Positions 15,706 through 22,440 of a stretch of DNA of 32,000 nucleotides are shown here, in pieces. The translations under genes were made by a program, and so were the position numbers. Position 1 is the stretch's first letter. Every line of letters begins with the position of its first letter. This DNA comes from Dickeya dadantii NCPPB 898 (lineage in GTDB: Bacteria; Pseudomonadota; Gammaproteobacteria; Enterobacterales; Enterobacteriaceae), in the NCBI RefSeq assembly GCF_000406145.1, contig NZ_CM001976.1, positions 997,263-1,029,262 on the forward strand, in the 5' to 3' direction. The notes under the pieces are model-generated. The model was not told where the DNA came from, did not search any database, and was given only the letters and a program-made list of their open reading frames with translations.

Positions 15706-16233
15706 CTATCTCGTCAGTTCCCATTCATCAAACTGTTTATTAATGTCTTTAATCGAGGCGAGTCTGATTTTGGGTAGGGTCAACGCGTCAAACAGCTCAG
15801 CATAGTGTTTCCTGTTTTTAGGCGTGACGGCGGCAATATGATGGAACATTTTCCAGTTCAGCCGGTCTATCCCCCCTTCCAGAGCACCATAGCGCTGGTA
15901 TTGAAATAGCGTTCGGTTCACATAGCGCAGTAAGCTCGACAGCGTGGAGACATCCAGCAGAATAAGCCCCGTGGCGCGAGACAAACGCTGTGGCAGGCAT
16001 CTTTTGTAATTGCCATCGATGACCCAACTCTCTTTATTTATTGCCATATCATGCAATAAAAGGAACTCATGGAAAGGGCGTTCTTGCCAGTTTGAGTGCG
16101 GGACATGAAAAAGTTGGTCCAGATGGATAACGTCCAGGTTACGTTTCCGCGCAATCGCATTCGCAAGGGTAGATTTACCGCTGTTCGATGGCCCCATAAT
16201 GCAAATTCTGTCGCCTAAATCTGAAAGCTTCAT
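15706..16233 (-). CDS. P-loop NTPase, adenylate-kinase/topology-modulation (FlaR)-like small kinase
   Basis: Walker A in ICIMGPSNSGKSTLANAIARK. ATG 16233 is preceded by GGAGAAG. The longer track ORF starting at 16302 has no SD. Confidence 0.65.
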   Translation of the reverse strand: MKLSDLGDRICIMGPSNSGKSTLANAIARKRNLDVIHLDQLFHVPHSNWQERPFHEFLLLHDMAINKESWVIDGNYKRCLPQRLSRATGLILLDVSTLSSLLRYVNRTLFQYQRYGALEGGIDRLNWKMFHHIAAVTPKNRKHYAELFDALTLPKIRLASIKDINKQFDEWELTR

Positions 16234-16456
16234 CGTCTTCTCCATACCGCGTGGTGTCTGGTATTTGGGGGAGCGCGAACTGCCACCACGGCGATTTATC
16301 ATTTTAACGATCTCTCGCCTGTTCGGGTTGACGAAGTAGTAAAAGATTTTGAAAGTGAGGGGAACGTGGAAAAAATAAAGCAGCCTGGCGGTTGTATTGG
16401 TTGATGTAATACCTGATTGACGCGCGGGATGGTTTATCGTTATTCGTCCGTTTTAG

Positions 16457-16507
16457 CCGTAAGGAACGCAGACATTCCGTACTACACTGAAGGCAATGGC
16501 TAATGCT
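16457..16507 (-). pseudogene. 51-bp relic copy of an internal segment of the downstream-facing acylase gene (48/51 identical to 16825-16875)
   Basis: CCGTAAGGAACGCAGACATTCCGTACTACACTGAAGGCAATGGCTAATGCT versus CCGTAAGGAACGGAGACATTCCGTATTACACTGAAGGCACTGGCTAATGCT. Confidence 0.8.
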
Positions 16508-16521
16508 ATTAATATATTGAT

Positions 16522-16559
16522 GCCAGACTATTACTTCTATAGTGAAGAGACAGTCTGGC
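16522..16559 (-). terminator. Hairpin 9 nt after the acylase stop (GCCAGACT...AGTCTGGC), putative terminator
   Basis: 8-bp outer stem plus an inner CTTC/GAAG pairing. The flanks are A-rich and T-rich. The U-tract on the minus strand is weak. Confidence 0.4.
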
Positions 16560-16568
16560 GTTTTTAGA

Positions 16569-17642
16569 TTATATCCCAGCGAAATCGAATGGCGTCGCTT
16601 TTTTAAATTGATCTGAAACCTGCCCAGAGTAAATCTTACTTTGATTCGGCCCCAGATCCAGTTTCATGGCGCTCCCATCGCGCGGAGAGAAATCCACCTT
16701 TTTCAGGTCGACCCAAAAGATATTAGGAGACATGGCCGACTCAAAGAAATATTGCATGGATTTATGATCAATCACGCTACGCCACCGGGTTGAGGCGATA
16801 TTCGGTTCAGCCGACAGGGCATAACCGTAAGGAACGGAGACATTCCGTATTACACTGAAGGCACTGGCTAATGCTTTATCATGACCTTCATTTTTAGGAA
16901 TATGGTTCACGTAAAATGAGGCGCGTACAAAGCGATCCGCTGCCCGGTTAGTGCCTGGCAACATGACGTTTCCGCCTATCTGTTCCCAGTAAGCATTAAG
17001 CGCTAACTGTTGATCGAAAACCGGTGAATTGGTCATCACCTGATATTCCCGCTTATGGTGAATGACGGGTTTACCATTGATATATTCAATAATTGCGCTG
17101 TCGCCTGACGAATCAGACAAAGACAGGTGCAATTTTGCCAGTCGCTCTTCGCCAGGAACATTGGCGGTGACCAACGTAAACTTATCCTGCTTTAGCGACT
17201 GAACCGCCTCATCGACGGTGGCAAAGTTATCCAGCACATATTGCGCCCAGGCTGCAACGCTCAGCCCCGGTTTTTCAGCGGTGGGTGCAGCGGTTGGATA
17301 TTCTGATTCTACCAACCACAGCAAATTAGCGGCTAGCCCTTTCTCATTTATGCCATCCGTTGTCGAAATATCATAAGCCGCTGCGATGACGCTGCCATAT
17401 TTAGAAACCCACTTCAGCGTGTGTTGCCCCCCTTCGCCAGAACGATGTAATTCGCGTGGGAATACCCATAAATTTGTTCCCACATCTTTTTTCCAGTCCA
17501 TCGAGCGAGCTGTGATGGTTTCATTATCGTCGCCCAGATAGACCAGCCGTGTACAGGCAAGCGTTACGGATGAGCTAAGTATTAAAGCACCCAGCGATAT
17601 CATGCAAGCAATGGGATTAACGCGCTTATTATTTATCTTCAT
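16569..17642 (-). CDS. Secreted choloylglycine-hydrolase-family Ntn hydrolase (penicillin V acylase-like; possible acyl-homoserine-lactone acylase)
   Basis: 357 aa. The signal peptide ends ...SSSVTLA|CTRLVYLG, placing the nucleophile Cys at mature position 1 as in PVA/BSH enzymes. Confidence 0.8.
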   Translation of the reverse strand: MKINNKRVNPIACMISLGALILSSSVTLACTRLVYLGDDNETITARSMDWKKDVGTNLWVFPRELHRSGEGGQHTLKWVSKYGSVIAAAYDISTTDGINEKGLAANLLWLVESEYPTAAPTAEKPGLSVAAWAQYVLDNFATVDEAVQSLKQDKFTLVTANVPGEERLAKLHLSLSDSSGDSAIIEYINGKPVIHHKREYQVMTNSPVFDQQLALNAYWEQIGGNVMLPGTNRAADRFVRASFYVNHIPKNEGHDKALASAFSVIRNVSVPYGYALSAEPNIASTRWRSVIDHKSMQYFFESAMSPNIFWVDLKKVDFSPRDGSAMKLDLGPNQSKIYSGQVSDQFKKATPFDFAGI

Positions 17643-17898
17643 GTTTTTTCCTTCCGAGTTTGCAATGTCAATTAATTATAGGTGGCATCTGATATTGCAT
17701 AGGTGTTTTTGGGGTTTTTTATTATTGATTATTTTTAGTGGATTAATTTTCTGTTCTTATATTTTCGATTTAATAGTATTTAAATTTTTATTTATGGCTA
17801 TGTTTTTATTATTTTTAGGCAATGGTTTTCGTCCGTTATAGATAAATCCAATAGCTTCTTCTACGTTGCGCATGGCGGCGGCAATTCCTCTAACCATG

Positions 17899-17915
17899 GT
17901 GACAGGATCTGTCAC
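17899..17915. promoter_or_regulatory. Perfect palindrome GTGACAG-GAT-CTGTCAC about 50 nt upstream of the SnoaL/QOR/YafY operon; candidate operator
   Basis: 7-bp arms read directly. The position suits autoregulation by the operon-encoded YafY-type regulator (inference). Confidence 0.3.
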
Positions 17916-17964
17916 TACGTTGCTCTAGACTGGGTTTGCTTTATCACAACCAAGGAAAACTATC

Positions 17965-18342
17965 ATGACTACAATGAGCAACAAGGCCCTGGACATTGCG
18001 CGTACTTACGTTGCAGCGATGGCGAAAAAAGATGTCGAAACAATTATTTCGATCTCCGCCGGGAATGTCGTCTGCACATCACCCATCGGGCAAATCACCG
18101 GTATTGAGCGCTTCCAGGCTTTTCAGGAAGGCTTCGCCCGGATGATTACGAACTTGACCGTCCTCGCCGTCTATGGCGATGACGAGCAGGCTGTCGTGGT
18201 CTACGACGCCGAAACGCATCCGGTTCCGCACTCGGTCGTGGCGGAACTGATCAAGGTCAGGGACGGTAAGCTCGCCTCCACCGAGGTGATCTACGACGCT
18301 ACGCCGTTCGCCGCTTACATGGCATCGGTTCAACCTCACTGA
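17965..18342 (+). CDS. SnoaL-like / NTF2-fold small protein
   Basis: 125 aa with SD AAGGAAAA. The N-terminal motif ALDIARTYVAAMAKKDVETIISI is typical of SnoaL/ketosteroid-isomerase-like proteins. Confidence 0.6.
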   Translation: MTTMSNKALDIARTYVAAMAKKDVETIISISAGNVVCTSPIGQITGIERFQAFQEGFARMITNLTVLAVYGDDEQAVVVYDAETHPVPHSVVAELIKVRDGKLASTEVIYDATPFAAYMASVQPH

Positions 18343-18366
18343 CCCCACTGGAAAGGCATCAGGCTT

Positions 18367-19299
18367 ATGAGGCGTATTCAATACGATAAGTACGGCGGGC
18401 CGGAGCGGATGCGGCTCGAAGACTTTGAACTGGCGGTACCGGGAAAAGGCGAAGTGGCGGTGCAGGTCAGGTTTGCCGCCATCAACCCAATCGACTGGAA
18501 GGTTCGTAACGGCTATCTCAAGATGGTTACGGGGAGAGCCTTCCCGCGCGCCATGGGGAGCGATTTTTCCGGGACGGTGATGGCGGTTGGCCCAGACGTG
18601 ACGCGTTTTAAACCCGGTGACGCCGTGTTCGGCCTTGCCCGTCTCCGGGAGAGCGGCGCGCTGGGCCAGGCTGTCATAACCAACGAGGCGTTCATGGCAA
18701 AGAAGCCTGACAACCTGTCTTATCAGGATGCGGCTTGCCTTGGTACTCCCGGTGTTACGGCCTGGAATGGCCTGGTAGACAGGGCAAAGATCGCCACCGG
18801 CATGCAGGTATTCATTAACGGCTGTGCCGGTGCGGTGGGGGACGCGGCCGTGCAGATTGCGCTGATGCTTGGAGCGAACGTCTCCGGATGTTGCAGCGAG
18901 GCGGACATGGAGAGAGCCAGGGCGCGCGGTGTCCGAACGGTGTTTGATTATCGAAAAACCGATCTGTCGACGCTCAGCGAACGTTTTGATGTGGTCTACG
19001 ACGCGGCTGCCGTGATGACGACCGTAGAGGGTCTTGGCTTGTTGCATAACAAGGGGATTTTTCTTGATGTTAACCCGACGCCGGGCAAGTTCATGCTATC
19101 CATCTTCAACCGACGGCTGAAGCCGATTGTCTGCACGCCTCGGTCCGAAATACTCGATAGCCTCGCTCACGCCGCGGAGGCGGGAAATCTGCGACTTCCG
19201 GTTGCCAAAATCGTGCCATTGAGCGAAGCAATCCCGTTTATCACCATCCTTGAAGCGGGCCACAGGCTCGGCGGCAAGGGGCTGGTCGTGATGGATTAA
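18367..19299 (+). CDS. Medium-chain dehydrogenase/reductase, NADPH:quinone oxidoreductase-like
   Basis: 310 aa. GEVAVQVRFAAINPIDWKVRNG and the nucleotide-binding motif INGCAGAVGDAAVQIA. Confidence 0.8.
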   Translation: MRRIQYDKYGGPERMRLEDFELAVPGKGEVAVQVRFAAINPIDWKVRNGYLKMVTGRAFPRAMGSDFSGTVMAVGPDVTRFKPGDAVFGLARLRESGALGQAVITNEAFMAKKPDNLSYQDAACLGTPGVTAWNGLVDRAKIATGMQVFINGCAGAVGDAAVQIALMLGANVSGCCSEADMERARARGVRTVFDYRKTDLSTLSERFDVVYDAAAVMTTVEGLGLLHNKGIFLDVNPTPGKFMLSIFNRRLKPIVCTPRSEILDSLAHAAEAGNLRLPVAKIVPLSEAIPFITILEAGHRLGGKGLVVMD

Positions 19300-19301
19300 G
19301 C

Positions 19302-20003
19302 GTGTCGCGCAGTCATCGGTTATTCGATCTGATACAGGCGCTTCGCCGGCACCGTGGAACGGTGTCCGGCGAAGCGCTTGCACGCGAGACTGGCGTATCG
19401 TTGCGCACCATTCGCCGTGATATCGCTACGCTGCAAGCGATGGGAGCCGATATCGATGGCGCTCCTGGCGTGGGCTATCTATTGCGACCAGGCTTCCTTC
19501 TGCCGCCGCTGTCTTTCACCGAGGAAGAGCTACAAGCGCTGGCAGCCGGCGCCCAGTGGGTCAGCCGCCAGACTGACGACGCTCTGGCGCTCGCCGCGCA
19601 GAACGCACTCGCCAAAATCGGCGGGGTGCTTCATCCCGAGATGAGACGAGTCCTGGACGATGACGCGCTCTATGTCGGCCGCCAAAGGGAAATGGCCTCA
19701 AGCCTTGATCTGGCGCGGGTGCGGCAGGCCATGCGCGAACAACGCAAGATGCGCATCACATACATGGATCAGCTCGGCGTGGCGTCAGAGCGCATCGTGT
19801 GGCCAATCGTCCTCGGTTTTGTTGAATCCCGGCGCTTCATTGCCGGCTGGTGTGAACTGCGTGAAGACTTCCGCCTCTTTCGCGCCGACCGTATCACCCA
19901 CGTCGAGTATCTGAACGACCGTTATTCACGCAGCCGTCGACGGCTTGTTAAGGAATGGCGTACGCAGGAAGCGTTAAGGTGTAAGCATCAAACAGGGCGC
20001 TAG
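19302..20003 (+). CDS. YafY-family transcriptional regulator (N-terminal HTH + WYL domain)
   Basis: GTG start 2 nt after the QOR stop. HTH LFDLIQALRRHRGTVSGEALARETGVSLRTIRRDIATLQAMG. WYL-like block MRITYMDQLGVASERIVWPIVLGF...FRLFRADRI. Confidence 0.8.
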   Translation: MSRSHRLFDLIQALRRHRGTVSGEALARETGVSLRTIRRDIATLQAMGADIDGAPGVGYLLRPGFLLPPLSFTEEELQALAAGAQWVSRQTDDALALAAQNALAKIGGVLHPEMRRVLDDDALYVGRQREMASSLDLARVRQAMREQRKMRITYMDQLGVASERIVWPIVLGFVESRRFIAGWCELREDFRLFRADRITHVEYLNDRYSRSRRRLVKEWRTQEALRCKHQTGR

Positions 20004-20077
20004 GCTGCGTCAGTTTTGTATCACTGGGAGGTTGGGTAGCGAGAGGTAGCCAAGAGAAAACTAGCAAGTCGTTGGCT

Positions 20078-20140
20078 AGAAAAGCAAAAACCACACCTTG
20101 TGGGCGGGTTCTTTAAATTAAGTGGTGCGGACTCGGGATC
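20078..20140 (-). repeat. Degenerate copy of the pheV terminator plus the last ~18 nt of tRNA-Phe (att-like direct repeat; partner at 21658-21720)
   Basis: AGAAAAGCAAAAACCACACCTTGTGGGCGGGTTCTTTAAATTAAGTGGTGCGGACTCGGGATC aligns to 21658-21720 at about 57 of about 65 columns. Confidence 0.8.
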
Positions 20141-20483
20141 ATACTCACGATTAACTTGCTGTTAATTATCTATTTTGTTGATATTTATCGTAAACAGCGC
20201 CCCCATGAAAGCCCCCATAAAAAATCGCTTTGTTTTTTTGATGGTTGTCACGATGAATCGTTGTTTTAGAGGTTAACGGCGCTAAAAACGTCGTTCCATC
20301 TCCTATGCAGGCAACAGTCGACAGCTCTCTGTATTGAATATCTTTTAAACGTAGATTTGATATGTTGGATTTGTGATTTTTGAGATAATAAAAAATGGTG
20401 TGACCTATAATTGATGGATTATATTGGTATTTTTGCTATCATTTTGAGATGTCGTCATGCTAGGTTTGAGATAACTACATATC

Positions 20484-21626
20484 ATGGCTCAATTTAATCA
20501 CTTTGAACTCTCGCTCCTGAACCCCAGTTTTGACTCCCCTTTGGTCGATGCGCTGACGGAACTGGAGTTACTCCGGCATCTGAGGCTGGAAACGGATGTT
20601 CACCCTATCCTGTTTGCGCAGTTGAAAGCCGTTTTCCACATGCTGGAGAGTCTGGGCTCTGCGAGGATTGAGGGAAACCACACCACGCTTGCCGACTATG
20701 TGGAAAGCAAAGTCGAAGGAACACAGAGTTCGACGGATCAGCTCAAAGAAATCAACAATATTGAAGCCGCGATGGAATTCATCGACGAGCATCTAAATAA
20801 TGGTGATGAGATAACGGAATATTTTATCCGCGAGCTACATAGTCTGGCGGTTGTCGGGTTGCAACAGGAAGGCGATAAAACGCCCGGTGCCTATCGACAA
20901 CATAACGTCAGCATCGCTCAGTCTGACCATTTACCGCCGGATCATATCCACGTTCCTGACTATATGTCAGAACTGACCGCCCTTATTAACCGTGCTGATA
21001 AACCAAAATATGATCTGATGAAGATTGCGCTGGTGCATCACCGTTTTGGCTGGATACACCCATTTGGCAACGGTAATGGCAGAACGGTCAGACTGCTGAC
21101 CTATGCGTTATTGATCAAGTATGGTTTTAATGTGCAGGCAGGTGGCCGGGTTCTTAATCCGACAGCGGTATTCTGTAACGATCGTGAGCGTTATTACGCC
21201 ATGCTATCGTTAGCGGATAAAGGAACTGAGCAGGGCTTAGAAGAATGGTGTTTATATGTACTTTCGGGAATTTCATCTGAGTTGAAGAAAGTCGATCAAC
21301 TGACAAACCATGCTTTTTTGAGTACGAAAATACTGTATCCGGCGATCGACTTTTCATCTGAAAGAGGGTTAATAAACCCGTTGGAATCTAAGGTACTGAA
21401 ACGCGTTGTCGAGCTAGGGACGATAAAAGCGGGTGATCTCCGCGCCGCCTTACCTGACCTAAAACCGGCGCAGGTGACTTATCAACTTGGCAAGTTGATC
21501 GACCGGGGACTGCTCCAGCCAGTGGAAGAGGGAGCCCGTTCCTATACGGCGAAGTTTTCTAACTCATATTTGATTCGTGGTGTGATTAAGGCCCTGCGTG
21601 AAGAAGGGTTTATTCCTGATTTGTGA
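20484..21626 (+). CDS. Fic/Fido-domain protein, class II type (N-terminal inhibitory helix, central Fic motif, C-terminal winged-helix-like domain)
   Basis: 380 aa. Fic motif [12 protein letters not shown] (21057-21092). Inhibitory-helix motif SARIEG (20658-20675). Confidence 0.85.
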   Translation: MAQFNHFELSLLNPSFDSPLVDALTELELLRHLRLETDVHPILFAQLKAVFHMLESLGSARIEGNHTTLADYVESKVEGTQSSTDQLKEINNIEAAMEFIDEHLNNGDEITEYFIRELHSLAVVGLQQEGDKTPGAYRQHNVSIAQSDHLPPDHIHVPDYMSELTALINRADKPKYDLMKIALVHHRFGWIHPFGNGNGRTVRLLTYALLIKYGFNVQAGGRVLNPTAVFCNDRERYYAMLSLADKGTEQGLEEWCLYVLSGISSELKKVDQLTNHAFLSTKILYPAIDFSSERGLINPLESKVLKRVVELGTIKAGDLRAALPDLKPAQVTYQLGKLIDRGLLQPVEEGARSYTAKFSNSYLIRGVIKALREEGFIPDL

Positions 21627-21658
21627 TGTGTTCTTACTCATTTGTCGTTCTATGGACA

Positions 21659-21689
21659 GAAAAGCAAAAACCCGCCTTGTGAGCGGGTT
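21659..21689 (-). terminator. Rho-independent terminator of tRNA-Phe (also serves the convergent fic gene)
   Basis: Stem AACCCGC/GCGGGTT (21669-21689). On the minus strand it is followed by TTTTTGCTTTT. Confidence 0.8.
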
Positions 21690-21700
21690 CTTTAAATAAA

Positions 21701-21776
21701 TGGTGCCCGGACTCGGAATCGAACCAAGGACACGGGGATTTTCAATCCCCTGCTCTACCGACTGAGCTATCCGGGC
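21701..21776 (-). tRNA. pheV: tRNA-Phe (anticodon GAA)
   Basis: The reverse complement reads GCCCGGATAGCTCAGTCGGTAGAGCAGGGGATTGAAAATCCCCGTGTCCTTGGTTCGATTCCGAGTCCGGGCACCA, the enterobacterial tRNA-Phe with encoded CCA. Being next to speC matches pheV. Confidence 0.97.
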
Positions 21777-21786
21777 AACGGGGCGC

Positions 21787-21815
21787 ATTAAACCGTATAT
21801 CGTGGGGAGCGTCAA
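21787..21815 (-). promoter_or_regulatory. sigma70 promoter of tRNA-Phe with GC-rich discriminator
   Basis: The minus strand reads TTGACG-N17-TTTAAT-GCGCCCCGTT, then the mature 5' end of the tRNA. Confidence 0.75.
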
Positions 21816-22440
21816 CGAGTTTCTGTCATAATCGCTGCGGTTGGTCTATTTTCAGTCAGTCACCCCCATTGGCCGTGGGTTTCCGGCGTGCCGGCGCGCT
21901 CCCGCAATGACGCGGCAGGCCAGACGGCGCGCGGCATTGCGATGATAAATACTGTCACATTCGTTTTCTTGAATTCGGCGAAAAATAATGCCACTATTGC
22001 GCGGTTTTTAACTTACCTTTCACCTGCGGTTATTAGAGGGTTGCGGATATGTCGGATTCAATGCTCATGGTACAGACACCGTGCGCCGGATCTCTGCTGC
22101 TGTCGCCGCATCCTGAACGCACTGCGTTAACCCCGTCCCTGTTTTCCCGATTATCCCTCGCCACCATGCGGTGAGGCGTGCTGACGCTCCCTGTTAGGCA
22201 TGATTAAAAATAGAGCTGGTCTCTGATTTTACTGATGTCTATCGGACGGTGCTGGTCCCAATGATGTGATGTTTGCCTGCGCTGCTGGTGCGGGTCATAC
22301 GTTTGTCGCGGTTGGCTGGCATGCTGTTCGTCGTTTTGGGCAGTAGTTGATCGGGTGCGTTACGCTTAAACCGTGGCGTTATCCCTGCGAGGTGTCTTTT
22401 CGACACGTACACTCATTCTTAACCGTTTGGGTTTGGTTAC

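Noticed and set aside
17602-17841. 79-aa Phe/Leu/Ile-rich ORF that could be read as a small membrane protein
   Set aside because: It lies in an extremely AT-rich promoter region and overlaps the acylase start codon region. It has no SD, and its hydrophobicity is what random T-rich DNA encodes.
18079-19047. 322-aa ORF on the minus strand
   Set aside because: It is antisense to the SnoaL and quinone-oxidoreductase genes, which carry clear family motifs. Its Arg/His/Gly-rich composition marks it as a shadow frame.
15628-21720. Calling the whole block a bona fide integrative genomic island or prophage remnant
   Set aside because: No integrase, excisionase, transfer or phage genes are seen. Only the short Fic islet has identifiable flanking direct repeats.
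21888-22130. 80-aa ORF upstream of speC
   Set aside because: It has a GTG start with no SD and an Arg/Cys/Ala-rich product. It overlaps the more plausible, though still speculative, short ORF at 22049-22174 in another frame.
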